Shown piece by piece: positions 29,481-43,217 of a DNA stretch of 64,000 nucleotides. The number at the start of each line of letters is the position of its first letter. Within the stretch, counting starts at the first letter, position 1. This stretch comes from Okamejei kenojei (Eukaryota): the NCBI GenBank assembly GCA_035221665.1, contig CM069156.1:17360001-17424000 (forward strand), read 5' to 3'. The notes beneath the pieces are model-generated. The model saw nothing but the letters and a program-made list of their open reading frames with translations, made no database searches and had not been told where the DNA came from. A program made the position numbers and the translations under genes.

Positions 29481-32274
29481 TGTGGAAGTCTGTATTTATG
29501 TCCTGCTTCTTCCAGGAGAGGAGAGAGAGTGAGAGAGAGAGAGGGGGGGGTGGAATAGGAATGAAACACAAAGCAGAGTTGTATCCAGAGAGACTCCAGT
29601 GGCCACTACCCTGTGGTCCTTATACAATCTTTCATCGACAGCTTGAACGGCCTTCTACTTAACCTGTGCCTGGAAAGAACATGACCTGCCCTTTCCGATT
29701 AAGTCCAAGTCCAACTGAATGGGAAATTGTTTTTCTTTCCTCTTCCCCTTGCAGCAGCAGAAACTCAGCACTCACATTCCCCTTAATGCAAAGTCTGGAA
29801 GTCGTTACGATCAGGACTGAAAGGCTGGTCGCAAAGATGCCATCTCCAGCTGAGAGCTTCCGGACAAGGGGAGGAGGAAAGCGGCTAGGGAGGTTGAGTG
29901 AAGGGGGGGGGGGGGGGGGAAATCAGGGGGGGAATCTGACAGCTGACATCCTCATTCACAGAAAACGCTGTCTCTGATGGTTGTATATACACCTCCCTCC
30001 ACTGATTAGAAGCTCCCAGGGTTTTTAAAGAAATGAGCCGAGCTAAATCTACACACACACACGACGGCACCTTCTTTTAAATACAAATGCAATTGCAACT
30101 GGGAGGGAGGAGGAAGTAGGAAGCAGCATTCAACATTTGTCAGGCTTTGAGCAACAAAGATCAGGAAATTAACCCTAACAAAAGGTTTCACGTTACCAAG
30201 AGCGCTAATCCTTTCTCCCAACCCCCACTCTCCAAGCGAAAAGTCTATCCAATACTGAAGATCACAGATCACAACACAATTAACCAGTTAACCACCAGTT
30301 GCAATATGTAAAAACTCTCAAATATATACCCTGCTTAAAATTAGTTCAGGTTTCAAAGAGTTCTTTTAATTTTAAAAGGCTCCGCCACATACACCACAAC
30401 CCCCAGTTGATATGATGATGCTCGCAGATAATAGTGCATTAACAATATACCATCCAACACAATGGTTGCTTCAACACTAGAGGAGGCCATTCCACCAATA
30501 TAGTCCTATTCCAATGCAACTGTTCATTTCTTGGTGACTCTTTTCTCCACTTCAATATTCTTCATCACTTTATTCCTCAAGCAGGAACTGACCCCATCGC
30601 ACAAGACGCTTGCAGTTATATTCCTTTTTCTAACGATATGTTTATTCAGACATATCCCTGTAGTAATCTGCCCTATACACGTCCACTCAATACCAAAAGG
30701 ACATTCATCTTTTACACTAACCTGGCCAGATAATTTGCAAATGGTTGACAATTTTTGAATGCTTATTTTCTTTTTTTTTTGTGTCAATGTCCCTGGCCAG
30801 AATTATGTTTCTAATTCTCAACAAGCTCTTTTTGGCAATTGTTCCATTTCTCTTCCAATGGTCAAATGCCGCCTTTGCGGGAATTAAAACTGGTGCTTAT
30901 TTGTCCTCACAGAAGAATGTTATAAAAATCCAATAGGTCCATTTTCACCTTTAGCAAATGTATCCCTCGGGGTTCTGGCCATGACTTATTACTCAAATAA
31001 CATCACTGAAACAGCGTAGTTATTATTACAATGCCTTTTTTTTCAGAAATTGCTGCTTGCAAATTAAAACCTATGTATTCTACCATAATGGCAACCACAT
31101 CTGAAAATACTGCATTTGTTCTATGATGATTTGTAACAGTGATACAGTGTGGAAACAAGCCCACACCGGCCAACATGTCCCAGCTACACTAATCCCACTT
31201 GCCTACGCTTGGTCCATATTATCCCTCCAAACCTGTCCTATCCATGTACCTGTCTAACTGTTTCTTAAACGATGGGAACCTCGACTAACTCCTCTGGCAG
31301 CTTGTTCCACAGCTTGTTCCATACACCCACCACCTTTTGTGTGAAATTATGAACCTTTTTAGAAAATGTCAATTCAACCCAATTCTGGGTTCCAAACTTC
31401 AAGAAAGATACAAAGACCTCAGTGGGAGCAGCGCAGAGATTTACTCAAATTAGAGATGAGGAACTTTACTTATATAGGTAGACAGAAGTTGGGTCTATTC
31501 TCCTTGAAAGCAATATGGTTGGAAGAGATTTAACTTGAGGTCTTTAAGATCAAGACCAAAGACAGAAGAAAGAGAAAGAAAATGCTCCCACAGCTGACAG
31601 ATCAAGAACCAGATGTACACAGTAAATGTCCCTCAATGCTTCCTTTCTTTATTTTGGTCCATTCACATCTTGTGATTATAACAAATCCTCTTGCAATTAA
31701 AGACAACATACTGTTTGTCTAATTGTTTGCTTCAACCACGTTAGCTTTCAGCGATGTGTGTACATGAGAGCTCATGTGCACAAAGCAAACACTCCCTTTA
31801 TTAGCCAAATACTGTGCAACCTGCAGAAGAGATTCCTGTCCTGGAGCCTAAAGGAGACGATGCCATATCATCCGAGGATGCCCGAGTCATGGACACTGAC
31901 AAGAGTACAGGGAATGCAATGATTCGAGAAGGCAATCCAGCATCATCGTCTCAATGGAAATGAAGGATGGTCAATGTCCTCTATGCTTGGAAGCAACACC
32001 CACATTCAAATGAAAACAAAAATTAAAACTGGCCTGAGAAGTTTCTCAACCAATATCCTGATGATTAATTTCCAACAAAAATCACCATCGCTCATAATCC
32101 AGCATGTTTTGCACATCCAGCAAAAGTTTGAACATTAAGAAAAACAATTTATACATAAATAAAATCAGCAAATGAAGGCATTCTTCCCAGTGTCTAATAA
32201 TCCAAGTGGAGCTGAAAGCCCTCACAGTGAAGTCATAATCCTGCAAATATGGAAGACAAAGTAGATTAATAAAA

Positions 32275-32830
32275 TTGAAGATAGACACAAAATGCTGGAG
32301 TAAGTCAGCAAGACAGGCAGCATCTCTAAAGAGAAGAAATGGGTGACATTTCATGTCGAGACACTTCTTCAGGCTAGTCGGGGAAATGAGAGATATAGAC
32401 AGTGATGTAGAGAGATATAGAACAAATGAATGAAAGATACGCAGAAAAGTAACAATGATAAAGGAAACAGGCCATTGTTAGCTGTTTGCTCGGTGAGAAC
32501 TGGAACCTGATGCGACTTGGGTGGGGGAGGGAGTGCAGGGGTGACTTGAAGTTAGAGACATCAAAATTCATACCACTGGGTTGTAAGCTGCCCAAGAGAA
32601 ATACGAGATGCTGTTCCTCAAATTTGCGATGAGCCTCACTCTGACAATGGAGGAGGCCGAGGACAGAGAGGTCAGTGTGGGAATGTGTTTGGTAACCGGA
32701 AGATCAGGTAGGAACAGGCAGACTGAGTGAAGGTGTTCAGCGAAACGATCGCCCAGTCTACATTTGGTCTCACCGATGTATAAGGGTCCATATCTTGAAC
32801 AACGGATACAGTAGATGAGGTTAAAGTGAA
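32275..32830 (-). mobile_element. Penelope-like element 3' end
   Basis: Reverse-complement homology to 11780-12345 (..LGSLQPSGMNFD). Confidence 0.8.
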
Positions 32831-33688
32831 CCTCTGTTCAATAAAATTGATTTGCTTTGTACAATGATGAATCAGTGGGAGGGTCATGTAATCTCAGCAC
32901 TGAATGTCTCATGCATAATAAGGGACACGGCTCCTATATCTAACTGTTCTCTAGTTTCCTCTCAAGAGAGAGCAGGTAACTCACAGGATGAGGACAAGTT
33001 CAGGGTCGTCTCTGATGCTCACAACCAACCGGCCTGACCAAAAATTGTAAATACTGACCCAACATCCCACCCTTCCCCTCAGTCACAAAACCTTGCAGGA
33101 AGCTGACCATTCGAAAGAGTGCAGGAAGGATTTCTGCAGTTAATGGGTATGCAGCAGCCAATAATGACAGATTCATATTGGTGCTTCCCACATGGACCAG
33201 CTGAACGATTTTTGCAGTTGAAGGAAATGCCCCCATTCGCATCGGATGAATCCACCACCATCAGCCAGGGAGTTTCATTTGAGGATTAACTAACCATTCT
33301 GCTGACATTGGGAAGCACCGTGAGCTGCTGGTTCTCCAAAGTGGTCTGGCAGATGTTTGGAGATAGTCCAGGCTACGCTGAAGGCTTTGTGCAGCTTGAC
33401 TGCTTTATGAGTGGACTGTGAGAAAAGTGTGACTAGGTGGGTGGAATTGGTCAATGGGGGCTTCCTCTGGGAGAAAGAGAGATCAAACGGTTGGCAACTG
33501 TAGAACAGGGTGGGAGGAAAGATGGGTGAAGAAGTGCAACCAGGAATCTGGAGGTAAAAAGGAGGATGATTGTGTGAAGGGGCAGGGAACTGAGCAGAAG
33601 CAAGCATGTGTGGAAGAGCAATAATGGGGGAGGTAACTGAAAAAGGGTCAGGAAAGGACTCTGCGAGATGAACGGTTTAGGAAGAAGG

Positions 33689-33782
33689 GGTGTACACAAA
33701 AAGCTGGAGAAACTCAGCGGGTGCAGCAGCATCTAAGGAGCGAAGGAGATAGGCGACGTTTCGGGTCGAGACCCTTCTTCAG
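33689..33782 (-). mobile_element. Short Penelope-derived retroelement with hammerhead-like core
   Basis: 17-bp TSD ACGGTTTAGGAAGAAGG (33672-33688 and 33783-33799); minus strand starts CTGAAGAAGGGTCTCGACCCGAAACGTC. Confidence 0.8.
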
Positions 33783-34434
33783 ACGGTTTAGGAAGAAGGT
33801 TGTGCGTCAGATCATGTTGCCAATGTTACTCCAAAAAAATGGGGCAAAGCCAAAGATACCTGTTCACTCAATAATGCTACACTTGCATCCTTTAAATTAT
33901 CAACAACACGCTGCACTTCGGCTCTGCTTTACATTTACTCACATCCAGTTAAAAGATTAAGTTAACTTTACGCCCAGTTTTAAACCATTTACATGGATTG
34001 GTGGCAAATGCTTGTTTGATAATACTATGAGATGCCTTGGGATATCCTGCTGTATGTAATAAGTCAATACATACAACAATCAAATTAGGCACATTGGCCC
34101 CTTGAACCTGCTCTGCTTTTTAATGATATTGTGGCCAATCGCAGTGTAACTACAGTGTAGTCCCCTCCTTTTGCGAAGAATTGTAGACCTCCCATATGTA
34201 AAGCAATGTTATATTTTGTTCTTCAGTTCAGATTTAATGACCTCCGCATGAAGTGTTCCTACACCATTTCCTAAGGACCCTCTGGCATTCAACAATTAGC
34301 CAAGTATTCAGAATTAATCACATTTACACTCTAGTTTCGCCTTTTTGCCAAACTAATGATTTATTTCTCTCACTGGCACTTAACTAAACTGGTCTCAAAT
34401 ATGCTCAACAGACAAATCTATTCAGATTATTATA

Positions 34435-34690
34435 CAGAGTTCTCCCAAGTTTTCCCCCCGATTCGAACTCGGAGAATGTCCGTAGCGGGTCTGTAGGAGT
34501 TCGTGGATGTCTCGTAGCGGCTGGTACGAGTAACGGTAGGTACTCGGGAAATCCGGTAAACTCGTGACGTTTTTTCAACACTGTGAAAAATGTCCACGAG
34601 AAAAAAAATACTCGTGATGAAAAAAACTGTTACTTTTTACTCGTACGAGCCGCTACGAGACATCCACGAACTCCTACGGACATTCTCCAA
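34435..34690. mobile_element. Palindromic MITE core
   Basis: Arms GGAGAATGTCCGTAG..GAGTTCGTGGATGTCTCGTAGCGGC..TACGAGTAA and TTACTCGTACGAGCCGCTACGAGACATCCACGAACTCCTACGGACATTCTCC with an inner hairpin. Confidence 0.75.
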
Positions 34691-34694
34691 GACA

Positions 34695-35020
34695 TGCAGA
34701 GTTCAGAGTGATGATGGCCTTGGGGTAGAAACTGTTCGTTAATCTTGTGATGTGTGATTTGATGGACCTATAACGCTTTCCTGAGGGCAGAAGGGCAAAC
34801 AAAGTAATGTGCGGGATGAGGAGGCCTTTAGTATGCGTGATGCCTTCCGCAGGCAACGAGAGCTGTAGGCTCTTCCAGCACGGCAGGTGTGTGTTGGTGA
34901 TCTTCTGGGCTTTATTGATGACTCTCTGCGGAGCTTTCTTGACAGCCGCAGACCTGTTGCCATACCATACCAGGATGCCATGTGTCAGGACACTCTCTAT
35001 GGCGCAACGGTAGAATTTAA
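34695..35020 (-). mobile_element. Rex1-type LINE 3' fragment
   Basis: FALLPSGKRYRSIKSHITRLTNSFYPKAI. Confidence 0.75.
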
Positions 35021-35169
35021 CGCTGTGTTAAATAATCCAGATTAAACTGGGAAACTAATGGCTTCAAAGTGTAGTACTGTAGAAAAGATGACCAGTTTTG
35101 TTTATTGTCATATGTACCGAGGTAGAGTGAAATGCTTTTTGTTGCATGCTATCCAGTCAGCAGAAAGAC

Positions 35170-35418
35170 TTCTTCTTCGAGTCCGTCGCAATCTCAGATG
35201 TTGTTCTGCCAGTATCTAGCGCAGGTCACAGCTGGTCGGGTCGGTTCAGCCAGGTCCTGGGGGCTGCACTGGGGGGGCGTTGTCACACTCCAGTAGGTGG
35301 GACATTGTCTGTACTGCCCCACAGCTGCATGTGTCTTCTGCCAGGTAGTTCCATGCTTTCATAAGTGCTTTGCACCTCCCCTGCTCCACTCGTAATCTGT
35401 TGAGGGTCTTCCAGGTTG
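35170..35418 (-). mobile_element. RTE/RTEX-like LINE 3' fragment
   Basis: (GAA)n tail on minus; 10-bp TSD GCAGAAAGAC (35160-35169 and 35419-35428); family assignment tentative. Confidence 0.6.
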
Positions 35419-36419
35419 GCAGAAAGACAATACAAGATTACAAAAAAGCCATTTACAGTGTACACAAAAGGCTGGAGAAACTCAGCGGGTGCAGCAGCAT
35501 CTAAGGAGCGAAGGAGATAGGCGACGTTTCAGGTCGAGACCCTTCTTCAGACTGGTCAGGGATCAGGGAAACGAGAGATATAGACGGTGATGTGGAGAGA
35601 TAAAGAACAATGAATGAAAGATATGCAAAAAAGGCCATTTACAGTGTATAGATTACATGATAAGGGAAGGTAAGTGCAAGGTAAAGCCAGCAAAGTCCAA
35701 TCAAAGATAGCCCGAGGGTCACGAATGAGGTAGTTCATTCAGCACTGCTCTCTTGTTGTGGTAGGGTGATTCAGTTGCCTGCTGGGAAGAAACTGCCCAT
35801 GAATCTTGAGGTGTGGATTTTCACATTTGCATACACACTTCACACTTGACCAGCTTGTATACTTCTCATCAAATCTGACCCCATGTATATGGCTTGAAGG
35901 CTGTCAATTATTCTGAGTCCATATTATTCTCAGCAGGAAACAGAACATTCTGGGCCGTACTTGTTCATTTACTTTCCACGTAATAGCTTATGCAACAATT
36001 CTGAAAGGCATCGTACTGACATTTATACTTATTTTCATCTTGTATCTAAAACATGCTTCTCATTAAGCTGTCCAGAAGCCAAAGCATTGAGTTTCTAGAA
36101 TCTTCCATCATAGGAAATCAAAACAAATTTCACACTGTGTTAAATATAGTGTTGCCGATTTTGGTAACAACACATTTCTTAACCTAAGGTGCATGCCCTC
36201 AAGCTAACATTGTGCTAGAAACTCAAACTATATCCCACTCCTTTCACAGTTTTAAACATAATGTCTTAACGAGTTTGTGACAGTCATTGATCCACACAAT
36301 AAAAGCCATCCACAGAATGAGAACCAATGGTTGATCAAGGAGTAAATCCCAATAATTTTATTAAACAGTTCTCCATATTTTTATGGTGTGATTATGGTGA
36401 GAAGCTGCATTATTAACAG

Positions 36420-37030
36420 GTTCTAAGAGACAATGTTCTGGGCAAGATTGGACAACAGATTGACCTTGTCCAACCACATTAACAACACTGCCAAGAACCC
36501 ACACCATTGCTTCAACTTCCTGAGCAAAAACTAGAAATTTGGCATGTCCACAATAACCTTTTCCAATTTCTGTAGAGATACCATAGAAGGCATCGCATCC
36601 GGATGCATCGTAAGTTGGTACCTCTCATCAGGTAAATCAACCTCACCACTTCCCCCACTCCACTCCATCTGCTGTTCATGCTCCCACAAGAAAGCAGCCA
36701 ACACATTCACATGCCAAACATTCTCTCCTCCTCTCTCCCATCAGGTAGAGGATTCAAAAGCTCAAAAGCAAGTGCCATCAGATTCAAGAACAGCCCCTTC
36801 CCTGCTGTTAACAGATTCTTGAATAATCCTCTCTGAAACTAAGGTTTAATTCCCGATCGCCCCATCCACTTTGTGGCGGCCCTTACACTTTCCATTTATA
36901 TGCACTCTCTCGGCGGCTGTAACACTGTGTGCTGCACTCTGTTTCCTTTCTCTTTTGGCATTGAGTTATCATGCATGGTGTGATTGTGGTCACATATGGC
37001 ATGATTTTCCTGGACAGCATGTAAAACATG
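36420..37030 (+). mobile_element. Old Rex1-type LINE 3' fragment
   Basis: FGMSTITFSNFCRDTIEGIASGCIVSWY; degenerate PSGRRF..RFKNS.FP. Confidence 0.65.
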
Positions 37031-40000
37031 GCTATCAAGCGTGCCCAGCTTGCCACGACAGGAGGGACCCGGCTAGCAGGCCTAGCTCGCCAACGCTGAA
37101 GACCGGCGATGGGGAACCGCCCACCACGGACCAAGGATCGCTCGCCGTGGACTAACGACGACGGAGCATCTGCTCGCATACCACAAACTCTGAACTGGGC
37201 CCAAGCCACCGGCATTGACGAGAAGTACGCCGCCAAGAGCGAGGAGGGACGTGGTACATTGAGGTAGGAGTCGCTGGGTGCTGGGGTGGACGGGCCTTGT
37301 TGCAGATAACAATGGGGACCCGGCATGGGGGGGACGCTGAATAAAGGGAGAAATCAGCATGGGGAGCCGCTGAGACAAGAGGGACTGAGGAAGGGGGTAG
37401 GGACGAAGGATCAACAATATTTAAGGGTGCTTTTATAACTTTGTCAGCGCCTTGAGGCGACCCTTTTGTGTACTATGTATACAAAAACAAAGAATTTCAC
37501 TGTACCCTCAGGGTGCATGTGACAATAAAGTATCAATCTCTCCAAAGTTTTTTAACTGGGTCTTGGTGCATGTGACAGTAATGCACTGAAGCCAAAGTGG
37601 AAGTGATTGAATAACAACTTTTCAAAGTCATCTGGACAGATAGGGATATGCGCCAAAGATGGCAAATGGGACTACACAAGATGTTTCTGAATTGTGTGAC
37701 TCAATGACTAAGTGAAATCAGTCTTCTGTGGTGCCCTAACTAATCATAACCAAGCTCAGATGACTTCAATCTTCAAAAGTATTTCTGTAAACCACAAGTT
37801 AGCTCATCTCATGACTTTCCAAGCAGAAATCTGCCACACAGCTCAAATTGCTCTTTTGGCAAATGGCTATTTGGATGCTGACCCAGAAGGGAGCCAGCAC
37901 CACACAAAAAATATTTTAAAAGTGAATATTAGATCATCAAGACTACTCCGTGCTATATTTTTGACAGACCCCACACATAAATAATCACCCAACAACTACC
38001 AAGCCATATCACCAACAAGGAAACATATCACTGCCACAATGGGAGATTACTGGAGATCGACACACAATGCTGGAGTACATTAGCAGGTCAAGTAGCATCT
38101 CTGGAGAAAATACATAGGTGACATTTCGGGTTGGGACCCTGAGATTACTTGAAATTGGTAACTTCAAAGCTTCACAAAGTAGCACGCACGAGAAACAATT
38201 GCATAATATCCGTTATACAGAATTGCCCTGTACTCAGCCCAATTGATCTACGTTTAAGACCCGACCTAAATTGCAGGATGAACTTTAAAAAAACTGTTGC
38301 AGTGCAGATCAGCAGACCAGAAAAAACTGCATTATGATTGTACTGTTATCAATTACCATACTTTTCAAAATTCAATAAATAGTTGTTCCTGGGAGGAAGA
38401 GACCTTAAACTCTACACATGTATTTCTTAAAAGTTATTTTAATGATTATATTATGTCCACGGAGCGTTTTACTTTTCCTCATTACAGTTCTCCAGATGAT
38501 TGATTGCACAGTGGATTGCTTCAATCCAAGAATGACTGGTATGCTTGAGGGGGTCTGCAAGAGGAACTAGCAATGCTGGAGTCTGCGAATGGGTGGGACT
38601 TGGAGCAGCAGGCAAGGAGCTCAGAGAACCGAAAGCAGGGAGCGTGCCGGATAATCAAAACCATTGCAGAAGGACCTGATGGTTCAGGATTTGTGATTTC
38701 ACAACTTAGCTCAGGCATTAAGCATCCTTATTTTTGCATCTCCAATAACACTTCTTCCTCATGTGAATATGTAGCTGCTACAAGTTATGCAGGAGAAATT
38801 GTCCAATACAAATTTAGACGGCCAAGGGTATTAAAGAAAGCTTCAGAGATGGAACATAGACGCTGGCCCGGCTGATAATGGCAAAGACAATTTATTGCAT
38901 CTAACATCACCTGCAATTAATAAATCAGCCACTGAGTGGGTGAAGCAAAACAATGTCAGATTTTTTTTTTAAATGATGCTTTTCAATATAAAACTGACAC
39001 AGATGGAGGTGTGTAGACAGCTAATAAAGCTGGAAGAGAATACCAAATAAACATAGGAACCTGGAGAAATGACCTTTACTGATTAGGCCCTGACCATGCC
39101 CAGCATTTGGAAGCATTCTTAACAGTGTGATGCTATTCAAACAACCAAACCTTTTACAGTGAAAAAGAGTCCACATATTGCAATAGCCCAAACCACAAAA
39201 AAAGGTCAAAGGGACAATGATAAATTGACCAAATTCAAAATCATTATGTAAAGGTTTGAGATAGAATAAAATTAGCCGTCATGGTCATTGGTAGAAAAAA
39301 GTTAATAAACAACGTTTTTGATTGGCATACGTGCAGACGAATCGGCTTTGCATTACGGAAAATTGCGACAAGCTGGTTTTCCAGGAACACAAACACCCCA
39401 TAGCATTGTGCACTGTTTGATGATTGTGATTGCATAAAACCATTCAAGCATAAGATTCATAATCTTGTGTCACAAGAGTAACTTCAGGAAGAAATGTGAT
39501 ACTCTAATTCACCTCTAAACAACTGCAATCAGAAATAATGGGCCAAATGGTTTTAACCCATCCACCTATTCATAGGTTCTACACCTCCTCATGTTTCTCT
39601 GTAAGTCATGAATACTACTTAACCTTCAGCGTTGCACTTCCCCACTTTATCTCAAACATATTAAATGTTTGAAGAAGGGTCTCGACCTGAAACATCACCC
39701 ATTCCTTCTCTCCAGAGATGCTGCCTGTCCTGCTGAGTTACTTCAGCTTTTTGTGTTTATCTTCAGTTTAAACCAGTATCTGCAGTTCCTTCCTACATAT
39801 TACATGTTTGCTTAGTCTACTTTATGCAAAATTCTTAACTCTTTGCATAAACGCGACTTCCTGAAATCCGACGTGAACTCACTTTAATTGATGTGAAATC
39901 TGTTCTTTCAGATATGCACACTCAAGTAATACCACTGGCCGTAATCTCATTGAGCCATCAACTAATATTATAGGTTTGCAATACGTAAGAATTCTGAAAA

Positions 40001-40204
40001 GCACCAAAGGCTTGTGCGATGAAGGAGCCAAAGTGTTTGGGAACTTTAACATGAATGTTGATTAAACATGTCCACTGTGGCCTTTTGGATACAAGTCACC
40101 TGGATGCAAATCGTAAATTCTAGTGACCCCAAACTCTCACACCATATCTTAACATCAAAATAATGTATTTTAATTTAATCCACTTATGTGTGCACACATG
40201 TACA

Positions 40205-40385
40205 TGCCACTTTGATGCAGCAGTTAGTGCTGATACCACACAGCTCAAGTAATTTGGGTTCAATCCTAATCTCAGCAACTATGTGTGGTGTTTGCAAGTT
40301 CTCCTCAACATTCCATTCATTTCCGAGGTGCTCCGGTTTCCTCCCACATCCCAAAGACATCCTGGTAAGTTAAATTAATACGGTA
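40205..40385 (+). mobile_element. V-SINE (HE1-like)
   Basis: GGGTTCAATCC B-box and GGTGCTCCGGTTTCCTCCCACATCCCAAAGAC. Confidence 0.75.
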
Positions 40386-40419
40386 CATTACCTCTTGTAC
40401 TGAAGATAGATAAAATATG

Positions 40420-40860
40420 CGGAACAGGCAGCATCTCTGGAGAGAAATAGGTGACCTTTCGGGTCGTCACCCTTCTCCAGACTGAGAGATAGGGGAGAGG
40501 GAGACTAGAGATATGGAAGGGTAAGGTGTGAAAATTACAGATCAAAGCAGAAGCTGTTCTAGGAAATAAAGAATGGTTCATTGTTGGCTGAGGAGATACA
40601 ATCAGTAAAATTAATCAGGAAGGCAGTGAAACTATTCGGAGAACTGAGGTGGGGGAGGAACGGAGAGAGAGGGAAAGCAAGGGAAATCTATATTATTACC
40701 ATTGGGTTGTAAGCTGCCCAAGTGAAATATGAGGTGCTTGTTCCTCCAATTTGCATTGGGCCTCACTCTAACAGTGGAGGAGGCCCAGGTAAGTATGGGA
40801 CTGGGAGGGGGGGTTCATGTGTTTAGCAACCGGGACATCGCATAGGCCTAGGCAGACTGG
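40420..40860 (-). mobile_element. Penelope-like element 3' end
   Basis: Reverse-complement homology to 11780-12250. Confidence 0.75.
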
Positions 40861-41399
40861 TGCGGCAAGAGAATCGTGGGCCATTGATGGACATGTGAAA
40901 CAGAATAGGTATGTCAGGTAATGGAACTATTGAGAATGCCTTGAAAGCAGGCAAAAACTAAATTACTCAAATGGCCTCTTTCATTCTTGTGAGGAAAATT
41001 ACAAAACATGAAATATCAACAAAAGATTAACAAAAGATAATGATGCAAACTTCCCTTATGTTATAAAATACATTAACAAGAAGACGACATAACTTATTTT
41101 GCCAATAGTCAGGATTATCAAAGTAAAATGTATTGGACACCAACAAGATCATATGTATATGGAGACAAAAACATAATATTCTTGATAAATACATTGTATT
41201 TTCTTTCACAAAGAAAAAATGATGAATTCTAGTTTAGGTGCAGAAATATTGACAATATAAGGAGGAAATAATTAGTTTGGTAGCTTTGATAAAAAGCCAT
41301 TCAACATCCTGTGCCCTTATCTATTGGAGGGAAGTTGTTGGGGGGGGGGACTTCATGGGGCTTGAATCATTGTTTTTTCCATCCTTCCTAGTTAGGCTA

Positions 41400-41615
41400 G
41401 TAGGGCGACACAGTTGCACAGCTGCTGGAGTTGCTGCCCCAGCACCAGAGATTGGGTTGATCCCGACTTCGGGTGCTGTTTGTATGAAGTTTGCACGTTC
41501 TCACTGTAATGCGCGGGTTTCCTCACACATCCCAAAGACATGCAGGTTTGTAGATTAAACAACATCTGTAAATTGCCCCCAGAGTGTGGAGAGTAGATGA
41601 GAAAGTGGGATGATA
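41400..41615 (+). mobile_element. tRNA-derived V-SINE (HE1-like)
   Basis: B-box-like GGGTTGATCCC, then V-domain GTTTGCACGTTCTC..GGTTTCCTCACACATCCCAAAGACATGCAGG. Confidence 0.75.
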
Positions 41616-41629
41616 AACAAGACAAGAGG

Positions 41630-42980
41630 CAAGAGTGTTTTATTGTCATATGTCCCGGATGGGACAATGGAATTCTTACTTGCAGCACAATAGAATATGT
41701 GAATATGTAAACATAGTACATAACGGGGGAGGAGAAAATTTTTTTTTTAAATAAATAACAAATATAGAGCAATAATAATAGTTTTTTGCCGATCAGAGCT
41801 CAGAGCTTATTCGTTGTTGTGTTTAATGGCCTGATGGCTGTAGGGAAGAAGCTGTTCCTGAACGTTACAGTTTTCAGGCTCCTGTACCTTCTTTCCGGTG
41901 GCAATGGTGATATGGTGTGAGTCCTTGATGATTTTGGCGGCCTTTTTGAGGCAGCCACTACGATAGATCCCTTCGATAGTGGTGAGGTCAGTGGTGGACT
42001 GGGCAGTGGTCACAACTTTTTGTAGTCTTTTCCACTCCTGGACGTTCAAGTTGCCGAACCAGGCCACGATGCAACCAGTCAGAATGCTCTCTACCGTGCA
42101 TCTGTAGAAGTTTAGGAGAATCCTCTTCGACATGCCGAACCTCCGTAATCTTCTCAGGACGTAGAGTCATTGATGAGCCTTCTTTATAATTGCATCAGTG
42201 TGCTGGGTCCAGGAAAGATCTTCGGAAATATGCACGCCCAGGAATTTGAAGTTATTGACCCTCTCTCCCATCGTCCCATTGATATGAACAGGATTGTGGG
42301 TCCTCATCCTTCCCCTACTAAAGTCCACAATCAGTTCATTGGTCTTACTGATGTTGAGAGCCAGGTTGTTGTGCTGGCACCATTTGGTCAGTCGGTCGAT
42401 CTCACTTCTATACTCTGACTCGTCCCCATCTGTGATTCGTCCAACCACAGTGGTGTCGTCGGCGAACCTGATGATGGAGTTTGCACTATGTCCGGCTACG
42501 CAGTCATGGGTATAGAGTGAGTAAAGCAGGGGGCTGAGCACACAGTCTTGAGGTGCTGCCGTACTAATTGTCATTGAGGATGAAGTGGTCCCTCCAATTT
42601 GAACAGACTATGGTCTGTGGATGAGGAAGTCGAGGATCCAATTGCAGAGGGATGCGCAGAGGCCCAGTTCAGTGAGCATGGTAACTAGCTTGGAAGTTAT
42701 AATGGTATTAAACGCCGAGCTGTAGTCTATAAACAACAGCCTGATGTAAGTGTTTTTATTGTCCAAGTGATCCAATGCGGAGTGGAGAGCCAGCAAAATT
42801 GCATTCTCCGTTGACCCGTTGTGGCGGTATGCGAACTGTAGTTGGTCGAGGTTCTAGTCGAGGTAGGAGCTGATGTGCACCATAACCAACCTCTTAAAGT
42901 ACTTCATCACCACAGACTTTAGTGCTTGGTCGATAGTCATTGAGGCACGTCACCTTACTTTTCTCGGACACCGGTATTGT
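41630..42980 (-). mobile_element. Rex1/Babar-type LINE: RT domain and 3' end
   Basis: [23 protein letters not shown]; APQDCVLSPLLYSLYTHDC..IIRFADDTTVVGRI..LALNISKTNELIVDF; FYRCTVESILTGCI; tail ACATATGACAATAAAACACTC. Confidence 0.9.
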
Positions 42981-43217
42981 GTGTGAACAAGTAATCGATG
43001 GTTGGCATGGACACGATGTGAATGTGTTTCCTTGATGTATCTTTCAATCAGTCAAAGTTTTCAGATGACTAAGTGCTGACCTGTTCATGCTACTTAAAAA
43101 TAGTAGACTAACACTTTTTATTTGCACCCTCCCATTCCTGCCTTGCACTCTCCAATGTAACCAAAAAGATCAGCCAACTTCAAGGGATGCAATTGTAAGA
43201 TATTGGTTTATCATGAG

